DNA from: Eledone cirrhosa | Taxonomy: Eukaryota | NCBI GenBank assembly: GCA_964016885.1 | Contig: OZ024742.1 | Coordinates: 161,634,001 to 161,698,000, forward strand | DNA length: 64,000 nt | Direction of reading: 5' to 3' | Shown here: piece by piece, positions 12,879 through 27,269 of the stretch | How the letters are laid out: every line of letters begins with the position of its first letter | Numbering within the stretch: position 1 is the stretch's first letter | Translations under genes and position numbers: made by a program | Notes under the pieces: model-generated | Told to the model about the DNA's origin: nothing | Databases searched by the model: none | Seen by the model: the letters and a program-made list of their open reading frames with translations, nothing else

Positions 12879-13284
12879 TGCACTGCTTCCTACAAATAGG
12901 GATTCCCTCCTGCGGAAGTAGCTCCTTGATATTGCAGGCCATATCAATAACAGCAGGGAAGATGAAATGCAGAAAGCAGTCCTTTTCATCGATGCTAGCA
13001 ACTTGTTCCAGGAAAATCACAAGGCCTTGATAAACACATGGTTGACTTTCAGCAGTAGAGAGTTCTTTCTGTTGATTACCACTGCTACCTTCATGGTAGG
13101 AGAATGAGGTCGGTGGACCTTTGCTTCTGATCTGTAGAAAAATTTGATGATGGAGCTGGGCTAAACCTTGAGGTGTGGCTCCAGAGCTCTGACAGTAAAA
13201 CTGAAGCTGTAATAGCTGCTGGTTTACAATGTTCCAGTGAGGAAGGTCACATGGGAAAATGACCTTCCTCACACCCATCCTCTC
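12879..13284 (-). CDS. PARG: PARG-like gene, first recognisable coding exon (ATG at 13278)
   Basis: Acceptor tttcag|GAG at 13284 and donor A|gtaagt at 12879. MGVRKVIFPCD..W and FLHFIFPAVIDMACNIKELLPQEGIPICRKQ resemble the PARG accessory domain (human [29 protein letters not shown]). Confidence 0.85.
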
Positions 13285-13349
13285 CTGAAAAAATAAAAAT
13301 TAAAATGATAATTTCACATTTAGAAGGAAAATAAACATTCTATAATTAC

Positions 13350-13387
<38 letters not shown>

Positions 13388-13929
13388 AAGGAAAACCAAA
13401 GACTTTGGAAATAAAAACATCTTTTTAAAATTTCATATGTAAATATTCTGCCCAACCCTTGCTAGCAGAGAAAGTAGATGTTTTGATGATGATATATATA
13501 TATATAGCTGGTGCCACAATAAAATGTACCTGGTACACTCTGTGAAGTGGTAGTGCTGGTGCCATGATAAAATTCACCCAGTCTGGTTAACATTAGGAAC
13601 GGGGTCTAGCAATAGAAATCATGTTAAAATAGAACATATGACAGGATGTCATCCTCTGACCCATCTGAACTTAGACTGTGAGAGCTCATCCAACCCATGC
13701 CAACATAGAAAGGTCATAAAACAATGATTATATATGTATGCATAGCCCAGTTTTTAGAATAGGTACACTGTATCCTTGCCATAAGAGGTCACTAAATGGG
13801 TTGGCTTTAGTGTAAAATATTGTCTAAAAAAACCCATCCAATCCATGCCATCATGGAAAAGTGGACATAAAACGATAATGATTATTTATTTATATATATA
13901 CATACATACATATATACATATATAGAGAG

Positions 13930-14206
13930 AGAGATATCGGGAATTTTACCCGCCCTAGATAGATGTAACGGCAAAAAAGCACCCAGCCCATACTGTAAAG
14001 TGGACATGTAGGCGCCACGGAAAAAAGCACCCAGCACTCACTGTAAATGAGGTTGGTGTTAGGATGGGCATCCAGCTGTAGAAATCAAGCCAGAATCAGT
14101 TCCCGTATGAGCAAGGCATGGTCAGCCGACCAGACACTGCCCACAACAGGACAACCTGTCTAACCCATGCTAGCGTGAAAGAACAGACGTAAAATGGTGA
14201 TGATGA

Positions 14207-14244
<38 letters not shown>

Positions 14245-14740
14245 AAATAACAGATTAAAGTTTAAGCAAAGAATCGCTGCTTTCACCCTTAACGGGATCT
14301 TCTGAAAGAGTTTCAGAAGATCCCGTTAAGGGTGAAAGCAGCGATTCTTTGCTGAAACTTTAATCTGTTATTTTAATAAATATTTGCTCTACGGTTCTTA
14401 TATATCTGACATATATTTATCCTTATCGAGCCCTCTTTGGATTTTAGTTTTCAAATTTATTATTATTACTATATATATATATATATATCATCATCATCAT
14501 CATCATCATCATTTAACGTCCATATTCCACGCTTGCATGGGTCTGGACGGGAGTTTTCCCACTTGAGGCAAGAGTGGTTGTCTTGCTCGCATAGGACTGT
14601 CTGGCGGGTTTTCTACGGCTGGATGCCCTTCCTAACACCAACCACATTTACAGTGTGGAACTGGGAGGTTTTTACCGTGTTACCTACACGGCCACATTAC
14701 AGCGTGGACTGTGTGTTTTTGTCGTGACACCTACACGACC
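13930..14740. mobile_element. Two RTE-tailed SINEs, tail-to-tail
   Basis: 13930-14210(+) and 14490-14740(-), with shared core and (GAT)n tails. Confidence 0.75.
14244..14374. repeat. Near-perfect 131-bp palindrome
   Basis: 64-bp arms and a GAG loop. Each arm has a degenerate hammerhead-like CAGAAGA-TCCC-GTTAA-GGGT-GAAA. Confidence 0.9.
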
Positions 14741-14914
14741 TCATTGTTGTTTTTTTTAAAAAAACCCTAAACAAACCCCCTTTTAAAGGGAGACTACTCT
14801 TTATCCACCTAATTTTAACTCTTTGATATTAGAGATAGAACAGATACTCTATACTATTTCCTGTCAGCATGGCTTGGCTAGATATTTAGAATGCTGGTTT
14901 GAGACCTTTATTTC

Positions 14915-14949
14915 CCTCTGAAGAAGAGATATTATCTCGAAAATTAAGG
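14915..14949 (+). ncRNA. Minimal type I hammerhead ribozyme motif
   Basis: CCT-CTGAAGA-A-GAGAT-ATT-ATCTC-GAA-AATT-A-AGG: stem I CCT/AGG, palindromic stem III, UUA site. Confidence 0.6.
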
Positions 14950-15130
14950 ACATTTAAATAAATTTAAGGTAAAGGACGAATTGTCAACAATATCTTTTAC
15001 AATTGCATTCTTTTTTCTATGTCCATACCTGCATTGTTTTGGCTTTATTACACATATTCAAACGTTTATACCTCATTACACAATGCTTCAAGTGAACTAT
15101 AACCTCCTCCTATATATATATATATATATA

Positions 15131-15878
15131 TCATAAATCATGTCCTTAGAATTATTAGATAAAATATATACTATTTCCTCTTCTAATTAGCAAATTAACC
15201 ATACAAAAAATCAATTAGACCAAGCTATAAGAAGAAAGGCTCTTATGAAGAAATCTCCGACAAATAATCGAACGTGGCCTCTTCGCGGTGGCCCCAATAG
15301 ATTATTTATCCAACATTTCGACAGCATGTAGAAACTGACTAAATATATCATCAACCATACACAATTAGGTGTAAAATTAAACTTAGAAGAAATGTGTACA
15401 TACCGTAATTATATCTCTACCATGGTTTCATCCATATTTTTAGACATCCAAATAATAGGAATGTCTTGAGTTAGGATTCATCAGGAGACAAACTCAAAAT
15501 CAGACATCTAGTTTTCTAACCCGATTGCGCCAAAATTAGATTCAAAAATGGCTAAGAATCGCTATGTGGCTGTGGTCAAGCTAGAAAGAATGTGATTGGT
15601 TGCTTACGGCGGGTAGGCTTGTTGCTAGAAAGTGCAGCCAAATATCGCCAAATTGAATCTCAACCTAACGGGAGATTATTAAATATAAAGGTTTACACAT
15701 ACATAAAGTTATATATATATATATATGTTGCAACCGGTCACTTTTAAGCTCTATGAAGAATTAATAAATTAAATAATCAGAGCAATATATTATATCATAA
15801 ATCATGTCCTTAGAATTATTAGATAAAATATATACTATTTCCTCTTCTAATTAGCATAATTAACCATACAAAAAATCA
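15131..15878. repeat. About 80-bp direct repeats flanking unique sequence
   Basis: tcataaatcatgtccttagaattattag...ccatacaaaaaatca at 15131 and 15795, each preceded by TA runs. Confidence 0.7.
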
Positions 15879-15889
15879 TATATATAATC

Positions 15890-15919
<30 letters not shown>

Positions 15920-15922
<3 letters not shown>

Positions 15923-16350
15923 GTAAGAGGTAAACAGAAATAACACAATCGGTACAGTATATGAAAGGTATATATTAGGTTAATGCTTGATATAGCAGGA
16001 AGAGGGTCTAGTCCTTCATCAGAAGAAAGAATGAGAAATAAAATAGATCAAGGGGACGGGCGGGATGGAATTGGAAAGAAAGATAAAAATAATAGGTCCA
16101 TTCATGAGGGGGGACCATTGGAAGATACTAGCTTAGACCAGTAAGACCATTGTTCATCTAAATACTCGATACTTGGGGAAGTAGAGTATAGATATTTTAA
16201 AGACTTAGTGCCCAATGGCTGAACTCTTGCCGTTTTGAGTGTATCCAATTTAGGATAGCTACATGAAACCTGTGATAGATTCTCCTCCTCCACGATGTTA
16301 ATTCCTGCCTTAGCAGAGAAAATGGCCTTAAAACACTTGTGTTGCATCCT
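15920..16350 (-). mobile_element. Probable Penelope-like element 3' remnant
   Basis: Decayed ORF end, pyrimidine-rich UTR and a truncated CTGATGAAGG core. The terminal segment also occurs at 39250 and 41050. Confidence 0.4.
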
Positions 16351-17352
16351 ATTTTAGGTCACCAGTATAAAATTATATTAAGTAAGAAGTACTGTACATT
16401 AATGGTGCGCGGTACAAATGAAAGAGTAGCAGATCAAAGAAGATGTAGAATATAGAAACCAGACTGGGACTTAAAGAATTAGTCACCCATAAATATAGTT
16501 AAAAGGAAAAGGGTGCTTAATTCTTGATGGGGTTGTAGGTCCCCCATCCTGATAAACACAGCTTGTCTGAGTCATTTTTAAACTCGACAAACCTACTAGT
16601 AATCCTAATCTGTTCCTCATCTCAGTCTATAAACCAATACAGTCTATACACCAAGCCCATGTGTATGCATGCCTGAACCCTTTAGTTACCCTGCAGTCAT
16701 TGGAGTGCCATTGTGACACACAGCATATTTTGGGCATCTTAAACTTAATGGAGCATATCCCTCCCCAAGTCAGAACACAGCTAATTTCTTATAGAGAGGA
16801 GAGAGAGGATGAACAAATTCTAGTATCTAACACCTTAATGATTCTGTCAATTTCCCACTATAGTGGTGTATAGTAAAAGAAAATTTTAATATACAGCAGC
16901 AAAAAGTAATGCAACCAGCATTGTTATGGGCTCAATTGTAGGTATGGGAAAGGCATGAACACCACAATACTATATTTCCTTTTCCTCCAAGTACCTCACA
17001 AGCATGGAATTCAAAGCAAAATCCCACAAAGATTAATTTTACTTTTCATCATTCCAGAGACCCTAAATAAATACCAGTCACATACTGATGAGGTTGATTC
17101 CTTTTCTCTGAATCAGTTACATTGTGCTGTGATAAGGTTCATAAAGGAACCATTCAGAGTCCCTTTCTCCCTCCTTCTAGAGTTACTAAAAGTACCAGTG
17201 AAATACTGGAGTTGATTTTTTAATGATCATTCATTCTCTCTCTGAATCTGCTACATTGTGTTATGACAAAGTTCATGTAAGGGTTGGTGGAGTGGCATTC
17301 AGTGTCCAGAGAAAAGGATTGGGTGAGGGGCTAGCAACCCTCCTCACAGCAA

Positions 17353-17424
<72 letters not shown>

Positions 17425-18889
17425 ACTATAACCATCTAAAGAGAGCCCAATGTGTGTACAGCACAAAAATAAAAATAAAACATCTGTATGATTGCAGAGG
17501 AGCTGTCAAGTGTAAAATTGACACAAACACACACACAGAGTTGATAATTGTATAATTAACAAGTATTTCATTAGCTTACAGTATTTACTTAGTCTAAATC
17601 TGCCTCTTCTCACCTCCTACCGTAAGTAAAACCAGTACTTATGATAAAGTAGTCTTCATATTCAAAGGTAACTAGCAATCATTTAACACTATCAGCCAAA
17701 TCAGGTGACTACATCGTCACTTGACCTGTTAAAAATAGCAGCTATATCCCTCTCAAATCACATCTTGCAATATTTTTAAAAGATATGAAAGAACACATTA
17801 CTATGTGTGTAATTCTAGATATGCCTTTAAAGAAACAGGATGGTTATGGCTAGAATGTCTTTGATCATAAGTTTTCTCAATCAGCATTGACCCTAGGCTA
17901 AACAAAATTTAACACTTTAAAAACTTGAGTGAATGGGAAAGCAGGCAAATCTCACTCAAATCAAATCCTATTGTCTTAGAAAAGGGCACATCAGATAATG
18001 AAAGTAATCCTATGTGCTCTTTGTATGGGATAGTTAAAGCTAGAATGTCTTTGATTATACGTCTTCTCAATCAGAATTGAGAAGACTTATGATTCAAAAT
18101 TAACCACTATGAGAGCTGTAGAAGTAAAGTTCTCTCTACAAAACACACCCATTTTATGCTGGTGACACACGACATTTGGTAAATGGAATGATGAAAATAT
18201 AAAAATTAGGGTCAATGAACAAGACATAATTGTAAACTGTGAAATTGTTCAACATTTTCTAAGTTCTTCATTGAAACTACTAGCTCCTTACATATTTCAT
18301 AAGTCTAGTCAAGCAGAACTTAGATTGGTTTTAACAGTAATAACAAACGATAACCTTTCCATTCAGAGGTAGAGCCAATGATAGCATAACTTGCAAAGGT
18401 AAATATTTAATACCACCAGATTTTTCTCTGTTCAACAAATAAGCTTTAAAATGTCAACCACTCTTCAGTTATGTCAAATACATGACAACCTCCTTAGAGT
18501 GCAGGAATGTATCTAAGCAAGATGCAGACCCCTAACACATCCAAGAGGTCAGTGACTCGGCTTGAGTACTGACTCCGTTTGTGAAGACCCATCCAACCCT
18601 TGCTAGCAGGGAAAATCAACATTAAGTGATGACGATGATGATGGCGTTTATATTTTTGAGATGTGTAATGTTACTAAAGTATTAACATCCAATCTCAACT
18701 ATTTAACTCATCTGTTGTGGTTTTTCAACCAATACTTTATTTTGATGAGTAAATTTATCTGACAATATTCTAGTAAGATATATACAATATTTTGTATGTG
18801 CTAGGGCTGGTGGAGGGTGCATAAGCCCTGGCTACCGTTGGCCCTCCCAGACCTGAGTCATTAATGTTTTGATATTCCACTTAAAACTG

Positions 18890-19170
18890 TTGCAAGTCAA
18901 CTCCAGTAGGAGAAACATGAGGAAGGAGGGAGTTTCAGGGGTCTGATATTCTGGGCAGAAAAAATAGGGCATAGTGGAGGGTTTGGAGTTTGGCCACAAC
19001 ATGGCTTATGAGAAGAGAAATAAATGAGTTTAGAGTGCCTGAATGGAGGTGACATAATACCAGCCAGCTGTGAGAACAAAGATCATTGTAGTAGCAACAG
19101 AAGAGGTAAATGGAGGCGACAGCATGTCTATGGGTCAGAGGCTGGAGTGTGTCTGTAAGTAGCTTTATGT
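18890..19170 (-). mobile_element. Old LINE 3' fragment (CR1/Jockey group)
   Basis: LQPLTHRHAVASIYLFCCYYNDLCS resembles the LxHRRxVAxLxLFYRYY C-terminal motif. Confidence 0.5.
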
Positions 19171-20654
19171 CAATTAGTCAAGTGAGTTTTTCTCTGAATG
19201 CAGTCTAGGATGTCTGTGTAGGTAACAGCAACACTGTCCCAAATGTGATAATAATAGTCTATTTGGGGTTCCAATTGTTAGGGGTCGAAGTACTTTCTGG
19301 TCCTGAAGGGGAAGGCCAGTCTTTTAGATGCTGTCCCAGCTAATAAACCTTAATAGCTCATTGAATAATCATTGAATGTTATGTCTCCACATTGTGTCAA
19401 GGGTAAATTGGTGTGGTAGAACCTGTCTCACCTCAAACTAGTCATTGTACCTAGAAATTCCGCATCATCACCATTAACGTTTGTTTTCCATGCTTGCATG
19501 AGTTAAACGGTCATGTACTAAGACTAGATAAGTCAAGTGATCACCTCTTACTTATATGCTTCGTTTTTTGTTTGGTTTTCTATAGCTGGATGTTTTTTGT
19601 TGTAGCATCAGCACTACCATATTACGGAGTGGACTGGGTGCTTTTTCATGGCACCAGTACTACCACTTAACCAAGTTGACTGAGTGCTTTTTCCCATAGC
19701 GCCAGCTTTAAGGGTGCAGTGGTGACAGTGTGGGAAGATCATACAACCATAAGAGTGGAGGTCCCAATAGATTCATAAGAACTGGTGCATTAGTTTTAGT
19801 TTCAAAACACATTTATTTGTCTAATTACAGTTAACATTTCCAGTTGATGTGGAACCTATTACTGATAACTAGGTGAACTGAATCCATATAGAACTGTAAC
19901 TCTCCTAATACAACAACAGATCACTTCAACAGATTTAATTAAGACTCAATCAACAACTATCAATAACTCGGGGTTCAATACATGCTGCTTTATCAGACCT
20001 ATGATCAAAAGCTATTCCAACCGTGAGCATCCAGTCTATTTAGAAGAAAAGCAGGACAATATTATCTGATATGTCCTTCCTTAATTATTTACGACGATAT
20101 TGTGTGATTTGAGGAAGGTTTGCTCATTTGTTCGTTCAAATCAACTCTAGAGAAGCAATCATTTGAAAACAAAATATTCTAAGGTACAGAGATTAAAATA
20201 TCAAGGATTGGCAAATGTGTTTAGCAATAATAACAATTTCTCAATTCAATAGCTAGTATCGACATCGTTAAATTATCAACACAAACAGTTAAGAAAATAG
20301 TTGCAAATAAACCAGTCTACACAACCGTTTACCACCATCAACAATTCAAATACTCATACACACACTTCAATTTGGTCAATATAAACAGGATATAAATCCT
20401 ATTTTGAGAAAATGTTTAATAAACACCGTCTCCTAGGGTCATTGAAAAGCAAATGATAAACGGATCCAAAAGAAATAGTCAATAAATCGTGATTCTATCT
20501 AGATATTAATACAGAGAGATGCACATACATACACACACATATATATACTGTGTTTGTGTTTGTAATAACAATATTTCGCTGAAAAGATCGTAATATTTCC
20601 AGTTAATGATGTCATGTATCATTTATACAATATATCACGGTGCTAATAAACAGA

Positions 20655-20770
20655 TTACACATACAAACACGCACACATACATATATATATACACACACAT
20701 ATATATACACACACACACATATATATATACACACACACATATATATATATACACACACATATATATATAT

Positions 20771-20855
<85 letters not shown>

Positions 20856-20890
20856 CACATACACACATATATATATATATATATGCACAC
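20655..20890. repeat. (TA)n/(CA)n compound microsatellite
   Basis: Read directly. Other long (TA)n tracts lie at 17356, 21071, 21855, 39355 and 58917. Confidence 0.95.
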
Positions 20891-21068
20891 ACTTTCTGAC
20901 ACTAGCAGACATGAATTAATGACGTGAATTTCATTCAAATAATGCGTTGTTTGCCTGTAACAATAGATTTATGGTTTTAGATCGTTATCATGATGAGGTC
21001 AACAGACAAATTTATCTTAGCGATTCTTTAACAAAATAAAACAAAAAAATTCTATTCGTGATTTATAC

Positions 21069-21132
<64 letters not shown>

Positions 21133-21478
21133 TTAATCTAAGCCGAGGGAGTTGGAAAGGTAAATCATATACAATTATCGAAAATGTCTTACAAAATTCT
21201 TGTACAACAATTTTCAAGGAGTTTGGTTAAATGATTAACTGCATAAGATACCATTTACTAAATTACACCATTGAAATGTTTTAAGCTTGAACATAGGGCT
21301 TGTATACCTTATAATATATATATATGTGTGTAGCAAGTTACATAGAGTGAATCTGAAGAGAGTTAATACTGCCAAGTAATAGCAGTTTCAAGCTCAATGT
21401 GTTAATGATAGAAATAAAGATACACAAGAGGTTAGATTATTAAAGAATAGAAATCAGGGGCATATAGTACAACAGAAC

Positions 21479-21525
<47 letters not shown>

Positions 21526-21529
<4 letters not shown>

Positions 21530-21762
21530 ATATTAACAAATGGAAACTATATTTATAAAACCATATTTATTTCACTATCCAGGAAGCTCCAAGCGTTAAG
21601 GTTGTCTTTTTTCAGGGTATGTCAATATTTATTTATAAAACTAATCTGTATTATATTTTATCTGATGAAAGCGCACCATAATTTGCCTTGGTGGCCCTTG
21701 AAATATGTATAATAAAATAAATATAGTTTTATAAATATAGTTTCCATTTGTTAATATATTGT
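21526..21762. mobile_element. Fold-back element with hammerhead motif (Penelope pLTR-like)
   Basis: About 45-bp inverted ends. 21656-21716 reads TTTTAT-CTGATGA-stem II-GAA-ATATGTAT-A-ATAAAA. Confidence 0.65.
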
Positions 21763-21850
21763 ATATTTACTCCACTAATATGTTGAGTGCTTTATATCAG
21801 TTATAAAAAATGTTAAGCTTGTTGAATCCCAACAAATTAAATATAACCTC

Positions 21851-21895
<45 letters not shown>

Positions 21896-24369
21896 AAAGG
21901 AGATTTTAGGTACAAAAATCGGCCAAAGCAGTACTGTTTACCTAGTCAAACATTTTAGCTGAGTGAAATATTATCTGGGGGAGGAAAAACAACGCTTTGT
22001 AATCCTAAAACAGATAAGAAATGTTCCAATCGCTTTAAATATAACATACACATACATACACTAAATACATATGAGAGTTAGGTACGGACACATATACATA
22101 TGGATATTATTTATGATATACATACAACCGACATATATTTACATCCGGAATGAATGTGTGCGCGCGTGCAATATACACAAATAGACATCTTTACATAGAG
22201 ATAAGGGCATTATATGTTTATATATATATATATATATATATATGGGGGGGGGGGGGGTATTTACATATATACATGGAGAGGGACGCACATATAAATCAAA
22301 TTTTAAAAAAAGATACCTGTCGAGTGGAGGGATTGTGTACACTGTTCCTCCTTCTTATCCAGTGCGGTGTAAGGAAATCTAACAAACTCTGATGACAAAA
22401 ATAATAAATATAATTCTTCGTTAAAACTGCAGAGACGGAGTGTCCATTGATGTAATGTTTTAGTCAAGCATGAAGAAAGTATCAGACATAATTTAAGTAA
22501 ATATCAAAGTTTAATTATTCCATGCCTTTTTGTTGCTGTTCTTTTTATAAGAATTTTCTTTTAATAAATAAAATAAAAACAGCGGCTAAAAGACAGAAAG
22601 GATTTAGCTGCTGTGCTAGTTAAAATGTCAGCGACGAGTGGCAACAACTAACATAATCGTTCGTCAGTGACAAGTATATTCCAAGATCAAGGCCATGTTG
22701 TCACAGTAACCCCTTAACGATGTCTGTTTTCGCATTAGATACAGAATACGAAGAACGAGCATGAAGCCTACAAAATAATGTCTAGTGCTTTGGGGGGGGG
22801 GGGGCGTCTTTTTTGTGCTATTTTTCGTGGAATTTTTTTTTTGCTTACTTTCCTTGTTGCTCGTTGTCGTTGACCACTGTGTTATAAACTTCGAAATAAA
22901 GAAAAACAATTGAGTGAGAACGAATAAATCTGAATGAAGCTTTGATTAAATGGCAATAAAGCAGAAGGAATGAGTAAAATAAATTTTAAAAGAAACGGTT
23001 TCTAATTGTTATTGTTTTAAACTTGGTTCAATATTAATGATGCGTACGCAACCATATTTAAAGCAAGGGAGGTAATTCTGTCCTTACAATGTGTGTCAAA
23101 ATAGTCATGTGCTTTAGCATCATTGCCAGTCAACATTTCAACCCTACACGCTGTCCGCGTAGAATATCGACACCACAAAGTGTCAATTTGGTCTTTCGTC
23201 CTTTTAGGATCAACAATATAATTAATTATCAGTTATATACTGTAAGTTGATTCAATTGGTCGAATCTCTGTATAAAAATTACTTTTGTGCTTTGTTAAAA
23301 AGAAAAAAAAATCGCTATTTTATTCTTTATCAACCGAAGGGTCGATAGTTTGTCCCCAGTTATCGACATACAGTATTCAGGGCCAAAATATTCGCTCGTC
23401 CGACCCATAAATTAAATACAGCTTACTGCTGTAGGCAAAAGTAGCACAAAAATCAACAAGTTAACGCTTTCAATACTAGGGGTCTCCGTTGCATATAGAG
23501 TAGGTAATAGAAATTCATTCTGTCGTAGTTTTCTTTTAACAGTTCCTTTACTTGCAGGATCACTAAGCGTTGCTACAACTAATCGTTATTGTTTCATTTT
23601 AGTTTGTGTAAGCATTGCTGGATATAGAGATATATGCCTTCCCTTGAGAGTCGGGTCTTCGTCGTGGCTTCTATATCCCGATGGAAGCATGAACATCCCA
23701 TCCCGTCCCTTTTTACCGTTTCTCGTTTTTTCCCTAAAAATACAGAGCTTTTCTATCTAATTTTTATATATATTTTTAAATAACTTCTTGTTACAAAAAC
23801 TGGTAGTCTTCAGCTTCTATAGCCTAAATTCTCTAGAGATACTATTAGAGAGGGGAACACAAACCCCTACTAAGGATTCTGTATGGTCTGGTACGGGAAG
23901 AGACTGGTGGAAGGGGATGACACAATCAATTACCATACTGGGAGATATCAACCCTTATATAACGAACATCACACAACCTTATTTTACATATTATTTATCA
24001 TTTAATAATGTATAAAATCTACAAATGAAATCAGTTGAAAAATGCCTTTTATTTTTCGTCTTTATCATTTATTCCATTCTTTTTTCTCCTTTTACTTCAT
24101 CTATCAGTTATACGAAGTAAAAAAAAAACCATTGATCACAGATCTGCTTGATCAACGAAAAAAAACTGGGGCTAGACAATAACTTAGATCTTGGTGAATC
24201 TTGAGAGTTAAATATCTTCGTTACAGACACTGCATTTTTTTAAAAGAATTTCAAATTGATACATTATCGAAAAGCTTAAAACAATGTAGTAGATAGTATA
24301 GGCCATTCGACCCAAAACTAATAGCATAGCCACTGTGGAACTGAAATTCTCATACGTAAAATGTGATTT

Positions 24370-24560
24370 GTCGGCCAGCTACATTTTTCAGCCTGTGGCT
24401 TTCGAGACGTATGGGGGAGTCGGGCCGCTGACTGGCGGATCGCCTAATACAGGTAGCTGGCGAATCTCGCGAGGGCGCTTGGTTGTTCCAGTGCATTAGC
24501 CTCGCCATCACCCGAGGCAAGGCTACGAGTGTGCTGGCTTGCTCAAAAATCATTAGAGGG
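24370..24560 (+). mobile_element. CRE-like non-LTR retrotransposon 3' fragment
   Basis: FQPVAFETYGGVGP..GESREGAWLFQCISLAITRGKATSVLAC, the typical C-terminus of the restriction-like endonuclease. Confidence 0.65.
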
Positions 24561-24719
24561 GTTGCCCAGTACTCCTCGCGACGTTGCTGTCTTTTGCTCT
24601 GGTGTTGGCTCGGTTGTTCACCCCTTCCTTCACATTTTCTTTAAGATTGCAACATTAAAAGAATATATCTTTCTGAAAGAATCGCGAGCAATTTATAATG
24701 TTATCTAAGCATTGTTCAG

Positions 24720-24880
24720 TATCGGTAGAGGGTCAGACACCATGCTTTCCAGCATAGTTACGTCCCTTTACGATCTGAGTTCAAATCCCGCCGAGGTTGA
24801 CTTTGCCTTTCATCCTTACGGGGTCGATAAAATAAAGTACCAGTAATGCACTGAGTGATTGCTGGCCATGTGCCTAATAT
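24720..24880 (+). mobile_element. Nin/Deu-domain tRNA-derived SINE (near-identical copy at 29210-29350)
   Basis: gagttcaaatccc B box and gcctttcatccttacggggtcgataaaataaagtaccag core. Confidence 0.75.
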
Positions 24881-25344
24881 GTATAAGCATGTTATTTATG
24901 TATATATTTAAAACATACTTGTTATGTTATTCTACTGTAAATTTATTTATATGCTCTGTATAATAAAAATGATTTGTTTCTCATAAAATGCTTACATAGA
25001 TAGCTTAGCAAAATAACAGGGTATTACGACTCTGGACTTTCCAAGATAAACTAATTGAGGACTGATTTAGTTCCGGTGTTTGCAACCCCACACTTTCGTT
25101 ACTGCACCCTTGACCATCATTATGCCCTAAGCATAGTATGCATAATATACTCGTATCTAACCAATTGTCGGCTTATTCATGCAGCTCTCCATTTGATAAA
25201 GACTCCTGAAATTCATAATCTTTACCCTCAAATCCCTGATTCCTACTTTTACTTTTATTTACAATTTATACTCTGTGACTACTGTACGTCTCCATATATA
25301 CATATAGGTGCGAATATCGACATGTATATATGCATATTTACTCT

Positions 25345-25545
25345 TACATTTTCCATCCTGTGGTGTTCGAGCCGTTTGACGGGGCTGAGCCGCTGACAGC
25401 GAAGTTTTGTCATTGTTAGCGGCTCACTTTACCGAGGTGTCAGATGATGCTCGTAAGAGTGCTTGGTTGTTTCAGCGCCTTAGCTTCGCCATCATCTGGG
25501 GTAATGCTGCGAGCATGTTGGCTTGCGTTAAAAATTTCCGATGAA
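25345..25545 (+). mobile_element. Second CRE-like 3' fragment
   Basis: FHPVVFEPFDG..DDARKSAWLFQRLSFAIIWGNAASMLAC. Confidence 0.6.
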
Positions 25546-27269
25546 CAATTGACGCACTTGGTGTTGAATTGATGTTTTTGTTTTTTTTTGTTCTCTCGCT
25601 TTGATTATATATTTTTGTGTATTATATTTATAAGGTTCCTAGCAATAATTAATTTATTACATGTATGTACTTATAGCGGAGATACTGGGTTGTATGAATG
25701 TAACAAGGAGACATGGTTTGTGTGTATAATATTTAATTAACAATCATGGATATATATAGAACAGTATAGTTGCCATGTCAAAGTAATAGATGATAGAATG
25801 AAGCAAAGTTAGTAGTTACCGTTTTGATTGCCAGGCAAACGCGAGACGCCTGGCGAAGGCCAGGCGCCGGAAGGGCAAATGAGAGGCAGAGAACTTAAAG
25901 TTGTTAGTTTTATAGGGTTCTGACCGGAAGTTACAGAAAGGGTTCTACTTCCCGTCTAGATGTTGTGAGTCACAACAAGGGAGGCCACTGCTACATAACC
26001 TCCCGCCAGAATTTTAGAATATAAAAATCGAATGAAATATGTAGCAAGTTGGCGAGAATGTTGTAACAGGCATGAAAATTACGACAAAAGAATGTTTGTA
26101 AAAATCAATGATAGATGTCAAGGTAGCCAACGGCTCTTGGCCAGAGAACGACTGGACATCTATCTATCCATCACCCAAAGATACAATGTAATAAAGTAAG
26201 AGAAGAGCTCAAAGTTCAAATGTACAAAATATAGTTCACAGGTGTGCAATCACATGACCGCAGGAGAGAAAGTGTGTTCCAGAGAATGAATGCAGGTGGT
26301 TTCTGTTCTGTGGTATATCGTGAAATTTCCAACCTCCGAATGGATTTTCTCACAGGAAGAGTGCTGCAAAAATAAATTCTCTGGCTTGTTCTGCTGGTTT
26401 TGGTTGTTGGTGAAGCTGTGTTGCTGTGGATGTTGTCTCGCGGAGTGAGCGTATTCGGTGTTTAAATTCACAGTAAAAAAAAAATTTTTCAGAAAAAATG
26501 AGTTGCGCAAAGTGCTAGAAATAACAGCCGAAGTTGAGAATGCGTTGACCAAGAGGCCAGCGACCAAAGAAAAAAAGCATTCTGAATAAATGCGCAGTTT
26601 TCAACGGCAAATTTACGTGGTAAATTTTTAAACCGGCAAATAGGAGAATATAGCTTAAGGCTGAAGAATCCTTGGCGAGAAACGTTATCTCTGGCGTGCG
26701 GCTATCTCTGTGAGTCGAGATATCTCTGTGAGTCGAGAATTTGTGCTGCCTACACGTGCCAATACAAGGTTAAGTTAGGTTGAAAAAATAATATTTCTAA
26801 CGCGCGAGAAAATGATAGTGCAAGTGTGAAAGTGACAATGATGAAAAAGAAAGGCTTCACTTAGCATAATTATTGGTGTGAACTTTTGAAAAAAAAAAAA
26901 AAAAAAAAAAAAAAACTTGAACGATGAAGAAAACGATGAAAAAAAAGGCAATGGTTCATCGAAAATAAATGTTCCTGTTGAAATGTTTTTTAAAAAATAT
27001 CAAATTTCTTTTTTTTTTTTTTTGTTTTGAAAGTGTTCGTTGTAGGAAACAAGAAACATATATATATCGTGAAATGCGACAGTTAATTGATGCGTGAGAG
27101 AAAAAATCTGTCTGTGCGAAAATTTCACATGTGCGTGGTGTGTTCGTTTCTTTTACTGAGTATTTTCATAGTTTGTCAATAAATTTGCTGTGTATTCGTA
27201 ATGTTACTCACACAACACCAGATTCTGCTATTTTTTTCTTTTTTTTTCGGGGTGACCACTTATAACAAA

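Noticed and set aside
15400-15520. Upstream coding exon of PARG
   Set aside because: A minus-strand donor-like CG|gtatgt exists, but the matching frame has a stop. It could be a 5' UTR exon, which cannot be tested here.
20606-21217. YI/HT/CV-repeat ORFs (also 10203-10553, 44171-44398, 58891-59268)
   Set aside because: Translations of dinucleotide microsatellites.
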